From Octopus vulgaris (Eukaryota): a stretch of 64,000 bases of DNA. The DNA lies in assembly GCA_951406725.2 (NCBI GenBank), contig OX597832.1:56730001-56794000 (forward strand), read 5' to 3'. The notes under the pieces were generated by a model, which was not told the origin of the DNA, searched no databases, and saw only the letters and a program-made list of their open reading frames with translations. Below are positions 12,599 through 26,134 of the stretch, piece after piece (within the stretch, counting starts at the first letter, position 1; the number at the start of each line of letters is the position of its first letter). The position numbers were made by a program, and so were the translations under genes.

Positions 12599-12790
12599 GG
12601 AAGAATTTGAGATGAAGTGTTTTTCTCAGGAATGCAATACTCCACCTGGTCTAGGAACTGAAACCTCAAACCTTCGATTGCCTCAACACAAAGGAAAGTA
12701 CCTTTTTAGAACTTGACTAAGATAGGAGGGCTTCTAAGCATGATGTTACTGGAAGTTTAACACTTTATTACTACTCATTTTCAAGTGTAT

Positions 12791-13195
12791 CTCTCTCTTT
12801 ACTTGTTTCAGTTATTTGACTGTGACCATGCTGGAGCACCGCTTTTAGTCGAGCAAATCGACCCCAGGACTTATTCTTTGTAAGCCTAGTACTTATTCTA
12901 TCAGCCTCTTTTGCCGAACTGCTAAGTTACGGTGATGTAAACACACCAGCATTGGTTGTCAAGCAATGTTGGGGGGGACAAAGACAGACACACAAACATA
13001 TACACACACATATATATATATATACATATATATGATGAGCTTCTTTCAGTTTCTGTCTACCAAATCCACTCACAAGGCTTTGGTCGGCCTGAGGCTATAG
13101 TAGAAGACACTTGCCCAAGGTGCCACACAGTGGGACTGAACCCGGAACCATGTGGCTGGTAAACAAGCTACTTACCACACAGTCACTCCTATGCC
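12791..13195 (-). mobile_element. SINE-A, full length
   Basis: Collinear with 5848-6255. Confidence 0.92.
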
Positions 13196-13469
13196 AACAT
13201 ATTCTCTAGAGAATTTAAAGCCAGCACTGAAAATCACAATATTTCGTATATGAATACATATATGTAAACAATGCAATCGAAGATAGAAAAATAGGTAATG
13301 GTTGGTGTATATACATATTTCAGGAGTTCTTGCTCTTTCTTCAGTATCTCATTCAACCCTTTAACCATCCACAAACACATTGATTAAATAGCTACCAAGT
13401 TTAGCGGTGTCACGTTATTACATAAACCAATTTATATATTAAATACATTCCTGGCAGCTGGGAATTACA

Positions 13470-13653
13470 TATTAATTGCTGGTAGGGACATCATGTTTTA
13501 TTTTGCAACAATAATATACTACCGAGGACATGAACAGATTATAAGTTAATACTACGTTCTATTTTTCACAGTATTGACTAATAAATCTTTAATATATTTG
13601 GCCGTAAATTATGGTTGCAAAACAAAATATGGTGTTTCTACCAGCAATTAATA
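13470..13653. mobile_element. Fold-back MITE with ~45 bp inverted termini
   Basis: TATTAATTGCTGGTAGGGACATCATGTTTTATTTTGCAACAATAAT versus the reverse complement of the right end, TATTAATTGCTGGTAGAAACACCATATTTTGTTTTGCAACCATAAT. Confidence 0.75.
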
Positions 13654-13929
13654 CTTATTACTATTGTATCACATTCCAGGTTTGGCATGACAGCTACATA
13701 TGATATGACAAAGCTTTTGTTGGACAAAGTCTAATGCTGACAGTAATAATGAATACGTTGTGATTGTATCCAAAGAGAAATACAAAGTTAGAATTAGGGT
13801 GGTATTTAAAGGAAATAGCTGTAGGAAATATAATAAAGGAGAGTGAGAACTGACAGTAAAACCTGAAGAGGGTTTTACAGATGTGAAGAACTGCCTACAA
13901 AGACAGTATTTGGTTGTTTCGACAGTCTT

Positions 13930-14848
13930 AAGACTTTAGCATCTAAACTGGCATATCCGTCCCAGATATTCTATTAGTTTTATGCTCAAATTGGCCAGAT
14001 CCATCCTTTTACACTTACCCTACAATGCCATACTAACCGAAGGGGGTCTTTATTTACTTTATCCGGCCCATATATTCTACCAGTCTTATATTAAAACTGA
14101 CCTGATCGAGCCTCTCACACCAACCCTACAATGTCATTCAAAGATGATGAACAATCACTTCTTTGAACCCTCAAAGCTACAAGATAAGGCATGATTGATT
14201 CAAAACAATATGGATAGGTAAGCATTACATTTAAAGGTGCATGGCTCAGTGGTTAGAGTGTCAAGCTTATGATCACGAGGTTGTGAGTTCATTTCCCGGA
14301 CCAGGTTGTGTGTTGTGTTCTTGAGCAAGACCCTTTATTTCACATAGCTCCAGTTCACTCAGCTGTAGAAATAAGTTGCGATGTCACTGGTGCCAAGCTT
14401 TATTGGCCCCTTTGTCTTTTCCTTGGATAACATCGGTAGTATGGAGAGGAGAGGCTGGTATGCATGGGTGACTGCTGGTCTTCCATAAAAACAACCCCAG
14501 GCTGTAGGTTCACTGGTGAGGCAATTTTCCATCTAGACTTGTACCCTGGAGGGCAACCTCTTAGGTGCACTCATGGTCATTTGTGACCGACGGAGTTGAG
14601 TGTATTTAGAAGAGTAATCTGAATGCTAAAGGTTAAACCAGCCATATCCAGCCAAAATATTCTACTTGTTTTATGCTCAAACCGGTCAGATCTGACCTCT
14701 CACACCAACCCTACAATGTCATTTTAAAAATAAAACAATCACATCACTGAAATCTCAAAGCTATGAAATAATGCAAGATTAATTTAAAAAACAACAGGAA
14801 TAAACATGCATTGCATTTCACAGAATTATCTGAAAGCTAAAGGATTAA
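13930..14848. mobile_element. Tandem piggyBac-type MITEs (family E); the first is interrupted by SINE-D
   Basis: TTAAGACTTTAGCATCTAAAC start; CTGAATGCTAAAGGTTAA end at ~14636; second unit ends CTGAAAGCTAAAGGATTAA; same family at 37298 and 62893. Confidence 0.75.
14235..14597 (+). mobile_element. tRNA/CORE SINE family D
   Basis: TGGCTCAGTGGTTAGAG A-box, TTCTTGAGCAAGAC..CTCCAGTTCACTCAGCTGTAGAAAT core; related to 21965-22297 and 37449-37776. Confidence 0.85.
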
Positions 14849-14872
14849 AGCATGAAAGACTAGTTATGAGAG

Positions 14873-15137
14873 TTTGGCTCTGGAGCTGGTGGCACATAAA
14901 AGCACCATCCGATCGTGGTCGTTTGCCAGCCTCATCTGGCACCTGTGCCGGTGGCACATAAAAAGCACCCACTACACTCACGGAGTGGTTGGCATTAGGA
15001 AGGGCATCCAGCCGTAGAAACATTGCCAGATCTGACTGGGCCTGGTGCAGCCTCCTGGCTTCCCAGACTCCAGTTGAACCGTCCAACCCATGCTAGAAGG
15101 AAAGCAGACGCTAATCGATGATGATGGTGATGATGAT
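14873..15137 (+). mobile_element. Family H RTE-type tail
   Basis: Two GGTGGCACATAAAA units, GGAAGGGCATCCAGCCGTAG, (GAT)n tail. Confidence 0.8.
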
Positions 15138-16210
15138 ATAGGGCCTTGCTGGCAGAAATGTGAAGCTCAGTCATAGGTGTTGGATTGGAGGGAATTGCTC
15201 AAGTGTGATTCTATGAGATTATTTGGATTCATTTTACTGAGATTGTTGGAGGCAGCACTGAATTGGTGATGATGGATTTCCTAGTCTACCTCTGAAGACT
15301 TCCCCCTGAAGTTTCTACAGCAGACTCAGAAGAACATAAGGAATCTGTGGCAGTGTATGAAGTAGTCATAGCACTGTTGGGTGATGGCATGAGTGGCAGG
15401 CCTTCCCAGATTGGAAGGCCTGGGGGATAATGTATGAAGAAACACGATTGAGAAATAATGCATAAACCTGGTAAAACAATAGAGACTATTTATGTTTGTA
15501 AACGCATGTATGGGAATATATGTAGCAATGTATAGAACAGTAAATAATGTATACTAATGTATAGTGAAGTGTTGAAATGCATGGAAGAATTAAATAATAT
15601 ACACATATGTACGAGGAAATGTGTTGAAATGTGTAGAGTAAGGTAAGCGATGTGTCAGAGAAAGACAGGATGTAGAAGAGGAATAATTCAATATTACTGA
15701 GTGGAATGTTATTGATGAAGATGTTAATGTAGATGTTAGTATTGATAATGTCATCAATGATGGTGATGATGATGATGATGATAACACACAAACAAAATAA
15801 ATAGTAGAAATAAAGCGAGGTTGATTAGAAGCTTAGCGATGATGGTGAAGTAGTTAAAATTAAGGCCTTCAGAAAATCAAATAAAAGAGATGAAGAATCA
15901 AAATGTTTCTAGTAGCAGAGAGACATAATCAGATGAAGTTGTTATTGATTTTCTCTGAATTAGTACTTATTGTAGCTTACGAAATGTTCTTAAGAGCTCT
16001 TAATACTTCAATCTATTTTCGGAAGCAGCATTTTCAGAAATGTGTCCAAGAAAAACTCTCTGAGATATCAGCAGATTTTTTTCTTCCCCCCTCAACAGTT
16101 ATCAGGAATTTTAACACAAAGTGTGAATAAATAATTAGAAATTCTCAAGTGATGCATTAATCGAACATAGGTTTAAATTATAATCATAGATATGTTCATG
16201 TAATAATAAT

Positions 16211-16254
<44 letters not shown>

Positions 16255-16324
16255 TTGGGCTTTGTATATTTGTACCCAAGTGTCATTTTGATGGCAAGTG
16301 CCATTTTCATAATAGTAATAATAA

Positions 16325-16534
16325 TAATCCTTTCTACTAAAGGCACAAGGCCTGAAATTATGGGGTAGGGGCCTAGTCAGGTGGATTGGCCCTTGCACTC
16401 AATTGGTACCTAATTTTATTGACCCCCGAAAGGATGAAAGGCAGAGTTGACCTTGGTGGAATTAGAACTCAGAATGTAAAGAGAAATAAAATTCTGTTAA
16501 GCATTTTGCCTGGTGTGCCAGCCCAATAATAATA

Positions 16535-16570
<36 letters not shown>

Positions 16571-16809
16571 GTGGTGATGGTGGTGGTTGTGGTGGTGGTG
16601 ATGGTGAATGTGATGGTGATGATGATGATGATGATGATGATAAGTAGTGGCTCTCATGGCTTCTGATCTTAACTGACTGGCAGTGTTATAATGTACATTG
16701 CTTTGTCTTGGTATAAAAGATGGGCTACAGCAAATATTCTGCTCAATACCATAGATTTGCTTGTCAGTTGTTTGATCTTAATGATAATAATAATAATGAC
16801 AATGATGAC

Positions 16810-16863
<54 letters not shown>

Positions 16864-17088
16864 TATAATTATTATTTAAAAGTTTTACCACAAGGGCAAC
16901 TTGGGGGAAATGGAGATGTTTCGATGACATTGACCCCAGTGTTCAACTGGTACTTACTTAATTGACCGCCTGAGAGGATGAAAGGCAAAGTTGACCTTGG
17001 CGGAATTTAAACCCAGAATATAGCAATGGGCAAAATACCGCTAAGTATTTCGTCCAGCGTGCTAACCTATTCTACTACCTTGCCACCT

Positions 17089-17129
<41 letters not shown>

Positions 17130-17510
17130 TAACATTGATTTTAAATTTTGGCACAAGGCCAGCAATTTCAGGAGATTACATCAACTCCAGAGCTGAATTA
17201 GTACTTATTTTATTGACCCTGAAAGGATGAAAGGCAAAGTCGACCTCAGCGGAATTTGAACTCAGAATGTAAGGACAAATGAAATACTGTCAAGCATTTT
17301 ATCCAGTGTGGTAACGACTCTCTTTTACTCTTTTACTTGTTTCAGTCATTTGACTGTGGCCATGCTGGAGCACCGCCTTTAGTCGAGCAAATCGACCCCA
17401 GGACTTATTCTTTGTAAGCCTAGTACTTATTCTATCAGTCGATGTAAAGACAGACGAAATACCGCTAAGTATTTCGCCCGGAGTACTAACGTTTCTGCCA
17501 GCTCGCCGCC
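16325..17510 (-). mobile_element. Cluster of at least four SINE-B copies (tail 2 where the tail is present) separated by (AAT)n/(GAT)n, plus a SINE-A 3' fragment at ~17320-17440
   Basis: Repeated GGATGAAAGGCA(A/G)AGT(T/C)GACC..GGAATT..AACTCAGAA at ~16432, ~16976 and ~17225; SINE-B head at 17440-17510. Confidence 0.85.
16645..16780 (+). mobile_element. 5' part of a non-coding repeat with a (TAA)n tail (longer copy at 53950-54497, - strand)
   Basis: GTGGCTCTCATGGCTTCTGATCTTAACTGACTGG..GGTATAAAAGATGGGCTACAGCAAATATTCTGCTCAATACC matches the reverse complement of ~54345-54481. Confidence 0.75.
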
Positions 17511-17788
17511 TGTCAGATTGCTGCTAATAAAAATTTAGCAGTGAAATAAATTTTCCACATGTAAAAAATTATTATTGCAAGCACGTGTTTTGTGAGCATT
17601 TAAAAGCAGTAACACAAGCAACAAAAACAGAGACTGCCATTTATTAGGCTCCGTGATGTGAACTGGTCTCAGATTTGTGGCTGGAACTGAAAAAAATCTA
17701 CACCAAACAAGAGTCACAGAAGCTGTCTTAAAATGCACAAATATGCTATTATATTCACTGTAGTTTATTTTGGGGTAATACTCTACAC

Positions 17789-18097
17789 CAGTGGTTCCCT
17801 AACCTTTTTGGGCTGAAGCCCCCTTGGCACCCAAGCCACATTCCTAGTGTCTCCACCCCAACTAACCATCACAAATATAGACCTTTTTCTGAAGCAAATT
17901 CAGAGCAACTGCATTTCACAAATATAACTTAACCTAATGGACCCATTATTTTGCTGTTTTTACATGAATCGCCACCCCATTATACCCCACCTTTTACATG
18001 AATCGCTATCCCATTATCACCCTACTTTTCTTCAATACCCCTTTGGAACTTTCCACTGCTCCCAGAGGGGCAATACCACCCACTTTGGGAACCACTG
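17789..18097. mobile_element. hAT (Charlie-like) MITE
   Basis: TIRs CAGTGGTTCCC / GGGAACCACTG; 8 bp flanks CTCTACAC / CTCCATAC (6 of 8 match). Confidence 0.8.
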
Positions 18098-18446
18098 CTC
18101 CATACTATACTGTGCCAAAACAAAAAAAGAGTCAGTTAGTCATTTGGCAGATGGAAACTGGAAGAAGCCTCTCATGCATGTGTGTGTGTGTGTGTGTGTT
18201 TGTGTGTGTGTATGTGTTAGGGTGTACCCTTGACTCGACATCAAGTGATGGCTGTGAGTCTCACCTTCATACAAGCAATGTTGTACCTTTCTAGTCTTCT
18301 GTGGAAAACTTGTCTGCCCACAAGGAAATATTTAACTTGCATGGAAGCAGGCGAATGTTGGTGACAGGAAAGGCATTCAGCAAAAGGAATTCTGATTTAA
18401 GAAAATTCCATCTGACTCACGCAAGCATGGAAAAGTGGACATTATA

Positions 18447-18610
18447 CGATGATGATGATGATGGTGGTGGTGGTGGTGCCGGTAGTGATGACGATGATGA
18501 TAGAGGTTGTGGTGGCAATGGCAGCAGTGATGATGATGGTGGTGGTGATGATGATGGTGGTGGTGATGATGATGATGATGATGACAATGATGGTGATGAT
18601 GATGGTGATG

Positions 18611-18641
<31 letters not shown>

Positions 18642-18860
18642 CAATGGTGATGATGGTGATGATGATGACAACGATGGTGATGATGACGACGATGGTGATG
18701 ATGATGATGGTGGTGACGATGACACTGGTGATGATGGTGATGATAATGATGATGATGATGATGAAGAAGATGACAATGATGATGATGGTGGTGATGATGA
18801 CAAGCAGTGGCGACGGAGGCAATGATTCTTGTGGCAGTGGTGGTGGTGGTGATGATGATA

Positions 18861-18900
<40 letters not shown>
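18447..18900. repeat. Compound (GAT)/(GGT) microsatellite extending from a family-H tail
   Basis: Preceded by GCAAGCATGGAAAAGTGGACATTATAC; explains the poly-D/G/H/M ORFs. Confidence 0.9.
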
Positions 18901-19581
18901 CAGCCGGCAACAGAGGTGGTGGACTTCGACGATGGTTGGAATCAGTGGTTGATACTGGCGATAAAGACGACGACGATAAAGACGACGACAAACACAACAC
19001 AACAAAACAAAACACAGACATAAACAAACACAAACAATTTATTTACTAAGCAATACGTCGAAAAATATGCTTAACTTCACTGACTCTTTTGACAGATCTC
19101 ACCAAATATTAAAGATTTTTTTCACGTCAATTGTTATTTACTTTTGTTTTGGCTTTTTTTAAAAAAATATTATTCGTTATTTGGTTGATTGGGTATCCAG
19201 TTTTGTCATATTTATTTAATTTTTTTTGTGTTTTGTTATTGTTATCCAATATTGTTTTATTTTATTTTATTTTATTTTAAATTATTTTATTTTTGTTTGT
19301 TATTCCATTATTTACTGCCGTTTCTCTATTTTAGGAACAAAAGTTTTACTTTCCAATAAACTTCACCGATCATGTCTGCGGTCTTCAAGTTACACGGTGC
19401 AAAAACAAAAATAAAAATAAAAAAAACCCCACAAAACAAAAATAACAAAAGACAAACAAACAAACAAACAAAACAATTCCAACAACTTGTCTTGTCTTTA
19501 TTTGTATTTTTGTTTTGATTTTATTTTGGTTAGTCGAATGATTTCTTGTTTAGAAGTCAACACAAAAATATTTGCACATTG

Positions 19582-19612
<31 letters not shown>

Positions 19613-20015
19613 TACTGTGTACAAACTTTTTTATTTGATTATTCAGTCAACAGGCATTGCAGTTGAATAACAAACAGTAAAGGCTACCACTGCTACCACC
19701 ACCACCACTATCATCTTCATCTTCACTTTTTGCCATCAACTGCATCAGCACTATCACACTACCACCAACACAACCACCACCACCACCACCACTGCCATCT
19801 CCACAAACACCACCACCATCATCACCACCACCATCATCACCACCACCATCATCACCACCACCACAACCGCCATTGTCATCATCATCATCAATATCATCAT
19901 CTTATCATCATCACCGCCGCCACCACTACCACCACCACCACCACCACCACCAATAATGACAAGCCAATGAGAAAAGCCTGACCTGCTAGAAACAACATCC
20001 AAACATACCTAGAAT

Positions 20016-20048
<33 letters not shown>

Positions 20049-20157
20049 CATCACCTAAAACACTATCCTTAGCTCCCCCCCACTGCTTTTCTCACCCTCA
20101 CCTTCAGTTGAATGAGTCATCATCATCACCATCATCAACATCAACTTCATTGTCCAT

Positions 20158-20442
20158 TCAACAAAACAACCTGCTTGTTAGATTAATGTGAAAGTGGCTG
20201 AGTACCCCACAAACACACGTACCCTTAACATAGTTCTTGGGAAAATTCAGTGTGACACAGAATGTGACAAGTCTGGCCCTTTTGTATTACAGGTATCTCT
20301 CATTTTTGCTAGCTTTGAGTGGACTGGAGGAGCAATGTGAAATAGAGTGTCTTGCTCAAGGACATACAATGTGGTGCTGGGAATTGAACTCACGACCTTG
20401 TGATCTTGAGCCAAATGTCCCTAACCACTGAGCCACGTGCCT
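20158..20442 (-). mobile_element. tRNA/CORE SINE, same family as 5775-6475
   Basis: Reverse strand GGCACGTGGCTCAGTGGTTAGGG..GAGTTCAATTCCC..TCCTTGAGCAAGACAC..AAGGGCCAG..GTTAAGGGTACG. Confidence 0.85.
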
Positions 20443-20454
20443 GTCTGTCATTAA

Positions 20455-20820
20455 TACAACACAATCACCATAATCACTACCACCACCACCACCAATGCTG
20501 CTGCTACTGCCACCATCACCAATACCATTACCACCTCCACCACCACTACCACTACCGTTGCCACCACTACCCACACCATCACCACCAATGCCCCCCAACA
20601 TCACCAAAACCACTACCACCACCACCACTACCCACATCATCAGCACCAACGCCCCCAACATCACCAAAACCACCACCACCACCACCACCACCACCACCAC
20701 CACCACAACCACCACCACAAACACAACCACCACCACCATCACCATTGCTGCCACCACCACTACCCATACCATCACCATGAACATCACCAAAACTACCACT
20801 ATTGCCACCACCACCATCCA
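20455..20820. repeat. (CCA)n-rich low-complexity tract
   Basis: Direct observation. Confidence 0.9.
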
Positions 20821-21964
20821 TTGCTCACTAGATTCTGCCCCTCCCCACTGGCACCTCTTCGTCTCCAAAGCCTACCCTATACTAACATCCTCAGCATCAT
20901 CATCAATCATCATTGAAGTCCTTCCCCATCCCCCACCCACACCAAAAACAACAGCAACAACAAAAACAACAAGAATGACGTAAAGTAACACGTGACACTT
21001 TTTACAATATTCTGATTGATAGAAAAATCTATCATCATGGTACTTGGGGGATGGCAGGAGGGGGAGGAGGAGAGCTGGGGGAGGTGGGAATAGGTAGAGG
21101 AGGAGGAGGAGGGGAAGCTATGTTTGTTTTCTTCGTTATTGTTTTTGTTATTCAAAGTGTTTTGTTTTAAATCAATAAGCAGAAAGAGAGAGATGGAAGA
21201 GAGTGAAAGAGAGAGATATGGGAGAGAGAGAGAGAGAGAGAAAGAGAAGGATATTGGAGAGAGAGAGAGAGATGGGAGAGAGAGATAGATGGGAGAGAGA
21301 GATAGATGGGAGAGAGAGAGAGAAGAGTGTTTTCAATACTTTCTAATTTTCATGGAATAAGTGCAGCAGAGACAGATTTTTGCAACAATTATTAAAAAAA
21401 AAGAAGAAAAACCATAAAGCAAAAATAAACAAAAAAACAATGCAAGCACAAAACAAAAACATTACCTCTCCCCTCCCCTGCCAAAAAGCCACTTTTTTCC
21501 CTTAAATTTTTTTTTGGTGTTCTAAACAATAATTTGACAAAGGAAACCCATTGAAACTGGAATTCATGTTTTGTTTCAATAAGAGTTCTTCACCATTTCT
21601 AAAACTGTTCCACAAGTGTACTTCGTTAACCGCTAGGAAAATTAATTCCTCTGTTTCTACCTTAACGATGAAGGAACAAATAATGAGGTTTGGTTGTATC
21701 TTTTTTTTTTATCTCTCTCACCTGCTCTCCATCAATTCTGATTCCATGCGTTCCACAGCCACAGTTTAATTAACAAAACTTTACAATGAGCCAATGGAGC
21801 CTGTACAGAGTATTTCAGCCTGCTAGAAATAGTGTTTAAATCAAATCCTACCTACATGCTGTCTTTCATAGAGGAAGGAAGAGCACTTGTAGTCCTAGAT
21901 ATACATTGTCTTGGAAGGACACATTGAATAATAAATAGTCCAAGATACACTATATCTAAATAAG

Positions 21965-22297
21965 GTAAAGACCCCTTTCAGTGATGACTGACTATGGGAT
22001 TGCACCTAGAAAGTTCCCCTCCAAGGCACAAGTCCAGGCAAGGTTGTTTATGGAAGACCAGCAGTCGTTCATACCAGCTTCTACTCTCCATGCCACCAAT
22101 ATTGTCCAAGAGAAAGGTAAAGGGGCCAATACAGCTTGACACCAGTGACATCACAACTCATTTCTATATCTGAGTGGACTGAACATGAAATAAAGTGTCT
22201 TGCTCAAGAACATGACACACAGCCCAGTCCAGGAATCGAACTCACAACCTCATGATTGTGAGCCTGATGCTCTAACCACTGAGCCATGTACCTTCAC
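21965..22297 (-). mobile_element. SINE-D
   Basis: Reverse complement of the 14235-14597 family. Confidence 0.85.
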
Positions 22298-22456
22298 ATG
22301 TTTAAATAGCAATATGTATATAGTGACATGAAAGCGCATGGCTTAGAGGTTAGGGTGTTCAGCTTACGATTATGAGGTTGACAGGAAAGCCCATGATATA
22401 CGAAGTCCAGAAAAAAAAAAACCGAAGAGATGGTCATGGATGAGACCATTTTTAGA

Positions 22457-22694
22457 CACACATGGCTGTGTAGTAAGAAGCTTGCTTCCCAACCACATGG
22501 TTCTGGGTTCAGTTCCACTGCATGATACCATCAGCAAATGTGTTCTGAAATAGCCTCAGGCTGATCTTGTGAGGGATCTATGAGATGGAAAGTGAAAGAA
22601 GCCCATCATGTGTGTGTGTGTGTGTCCGGTATTCGAACTCACAACCTCACAATCGTATGCTCAACGTACTAACCACTGAGCCATGTGCCTTCAC

Positions 22695-22727
<33 letters not shown>

Positions 22728-23059
22728 ATATATATGTATATATATGTATATATATGTGGAGGCACAATGGCCCAGTGGTTAGGGCAGCGGACTCGCAGTC
22801 GTAGGATCGCGGCTTCAATTCCCAGACCAGGCGTTGTGAGTGTTTATTGAGCGAAAACACCTAAAGCTCCACAAGGCTCTAGCAGGGGGTGGTGGCGATC
22901 CCTGCTGTACTCTTTCGCTACAACTTTCCCTCTTTCTTCTGTTGGCCTGCTATCTTAACTAGCAGGGTGGTGTCATTTGAAGGCTAAAACAATGCGAAGC
23001 GCATTGTGACCAGTGATGTATAGCAACATCTGATAGCCTGGTCGGTCACGGTGATCACG

Positions 23060-23108
<49 letters not shown>

Positions 23109-23295
23109 GTATATATGTGTTTGTGTGTCTGTGTTTGTCCCGCCACCATGATGCTGGTGTGCATACGTTCCCATAACTTAGCAATTCTGCAAAAGGGACC
23201 AATAGAATAAAGAATAAGTCCTGAGGTTGATTTGTTTTGACTAAAGGAGGTGCTCCTGCATGGCCGCAGTCAAATGACCGAAACTAGTAAAAGTA
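22457..23295 (+). mobile_element. SINE-A whose internal microsatellite hosts two further SINE insertions
   Basis: 5' half 22457-22625 and 3' half ~23110-23295; in between are a minus-strand tRNA head (22626-22694) and SINE-C. Confidence 0.8.
22758..23063 (+). mobile_element. tRNA(Arg)-like SINE family C
   Basis: GGAGGCACAATGGCCCAGTGGTTAGGGCAGCGGACTCGCAGTCG head (TCG in the anticodon-like position); tail GGTCACGGTGATCACGGTGA. Confidence 0.8.
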
Positions 23296-24070
23296 TATAA
23301 AGAATTTCAAATTTTATTAACAGCCATGGACAAAATATGGCGGAGGAATATTATGAGTTTAAATAAGATGTCTTTTTTAGAAAAAGAATTCTCCAGAAAG
23401 AAATCTAATTAGTTGTCCATTTATCTGATTTAATGCATAAATTGGTTCCTCAATTGATTTTTATTATATTTATAATGAGTTTCCCGTTATGAAATAGAAT
23501 TAACGATGAGGAGCAGTCAGAGGAGAGAGCTTATAAGGTGATGGCAAGTGGTTATTTCATAGGTGTTGGTGGGGGGAGCGGGTAGAGTTGTTTGAAAGAC
23601 AAAAAAAGAAAGAGAAGAAAACACGAGCAGCATGTTTGGGTCAGATGAAGACGAAATTGATGGATGATCAGTAAATATATGTCTTTTGGAGATGATCTCT
23701 CTCTCTATGCATGTGTGTGTGTTTGAGTACATGCATGCATGTGTGTGAATGTGTGTGTGTGTGTGTGTGTGATAGAGAGAGAGAGAGTCTGTGAAAAGGT
23801 AGATGGGCAAGAAAGAAGAAAGGGGGATGAAAGAAAGAGAAGAGAGAAATACACACACACACATGCAAATACACACACACATGCAAATACACACACACAC
23901 ACACACGCATATATACGCACACAATCATTTAATGCATTTAATGTCATGTTCCATCTGGGTATGCATATATATATAATTCATCATTATCATCGTATATATA
24001 CATATATATAAAATTCATCATTATCATCATATATATATACATACATATATATATATATATATATACATGC

Positions 24071-24251
<181 letters not shown>

Positions 24252-24577
24252 AAAAGATATATGAGTAAGTGAAAGATAAGCAGGAAGAAGGGAAGATAGC
24301 TAGATAAATAGAGACAAACAGAGACAAAGAGAGAGAGAGAGAGCAACCTGTACATTCCTTCGCACGAGATGTGATTTATTTCTACTAAAAAAAAAAAAAC
24401 ACCCAACCATTTCCCAAGAATCCGCTCCATCATATATAAGAGATATTTTCCTCTAATATATATGTATTAGACAGCTAACCTTCTCTCTTTCCTTCCACCC
24501 CTCCTGCACACTTTAAATATGGTGGTACATTTTATATATCATTACTCTGGTTGGAAAATACAAAATACAAATGTTAC

Positions 24578-24628
<51 letters not shown>

Positions 24629-24892
24629 GTTACAGTTTGCAACATTTTTATTCTGTAGGTCAACTTGCCTTTCTGCTTTCTTACTTTTCCCTTCCAAAAG
24701 TCAATCTTTCCTTCGCTCTTCCGTGTTTATGAATCTAGCTTTGTCTTTCTGCTCCGCCACGTTTTTGCGTCTGTTTTTTTTTTATTTTATTTCATTTTAT
24801 TTTATTTTATTTTATTTTATTTCAAAGATTCCAAGAACTGAAGTCAACACAAGCTCAGACTTGGTTATGTGGTTAAGAAGATTGCTTTGCAA

Positions 24893-25339
24893 AGGCGGCG
24901 AGCAGGCAGAAATGCTAGCACACTAGCGAAATGTTTAGCAGTATTTCATCTGTCTTTATGTTTTGAGTTCAAATTCCACCGAGGTCGACTTTGCCTTTCA
25001 TCCCTTCAGGGTTGATAATTTAAGTACCAGTTACGCACTGGGGTCGATGTAATTGACTTAATCCCTTTGTCTGTCCTTGTTTGTCCCCTCTATGTTTAGC
25101 CCCTTTTGGACAATAAAGAAATAAGAAACATTAGCAGGCCGGGCGAAATGCTTAGTGATATTTCGTTTGTCTTTACGTTCTGAGTTTAAATTCCGCCAAG
25201 GTCGACTTTGCCTTTCATCCCCTCGGGGTTGATAAGTTAAGTACCAGTTATGCACTGAGGTCGATGTAATCGACTTAATCTCTTTGTCTGTCCTTGTTTG
25301 TCCCCTCTATTTTAGCCCCTTGTGGTCAATAAAGAAATA
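24893..25339 (+). mobile_element. Head-to-tail SINE-B dimer inserted in an older SINE-A
   Basis: Two cores and two tail-1 ends; flanks AGAAGATTGCTTTGCAA / AGAAGATCACTTTGCAA; host SINE-A head at ~24860 resumes at ~25345. Confidence 0.88.
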
Positions 25340-25567
25340 AGAAGATCACTTTGCAACAGCAACCGTATGGTTTTTGGTTCAGTCCCACAGCACCACAGTG
25401 CCTTGTGAGTGAGTTTTGACAGATGGAAACTGCGTGGAATCCCATTGTTCATATATGCATGTACACACACATAAAAAGGCAGAAAAAGAAAAATTCTTGT
25501 GATTTGAGGAGACTTGTCACCAAATATCACAATAAAATACCTGCTAGCTAAATTAACTTGAACAAGT

Positions 25568-25607
<40 letters not shown>

Positions 25608-25609
<2 letters not shown>

Positions 25610-26120
25610 GATTTGACAGAGCAAAAATGTGGTATGAACATAAACCTGAAGGCATCATCAAAAATGATAATCCTATGGGATTTTATGATTCAGTGCGACC
25701 TTGAGATAGAGAATAAGAAACTAGGCATATGCATAGTTTTAATTGAGAAAGAAAGCAAACGATGCTGGATCATCGATATAGCATGCCCAGCAGGCAACAA
25801 GATATGTGATAAGGAGGAAAGAAAAGTTGATAGATATAACAGGTTAGCTTGGGAGGTTAAGCAGTTGTGGTCACTTAAAAAGGTGGTAGTAGTACCTAAT
25901 TGTCAGAGCCCTGGGAACAGTGAGTAAAAATCTTGAGAAGTAGATGGAATAAATAGGGGCTGTAATAAGAGTGGAGCACTTGCAGAAAACAGTACTGCTT
26001 GGAACCACTCGAATACTCCTGATGGTGCTCAAAAAATAAGGGGTGTTACCTTAGTTCACTGGTAGTGAACAGCTGACACCGTAGTACATCTCCAGCATTA
26101 GAAGCTGTGCAAAGGCAATA
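25608..26120 (+). pseudogene. R4/Dong-clade non-LTR retrotransposon 3' end (restriction-like endonuclease domain), 5'-truncated
   Basis: WYEHKPE..ILWDFMIQCDLEIENKK...IVLIEKESKRCWIIDIACP...KEERKVDRY..L..E...LW...VVVVP..ALGTV...LQKTVLLGTTRIL; (TAA)n on both flanks. Confidence 0.88.
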
Positions 26121-26134
26121 AATAATAATAATTT

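Noticed and set aside
18377-19033. ORF with a signal-peptide-like start and His-rich body, recalling cephalopod His-rich structural proteins
   Set aside because: The body is a (CAT/CAC)n microsatellite open in most frames, it runs into a retroelement tail, and no family motif is present
22758-22832. tRNA-Arg-like gene
   Set aside because: The acceptor stem does not pair and the sequence continues into a SINE body
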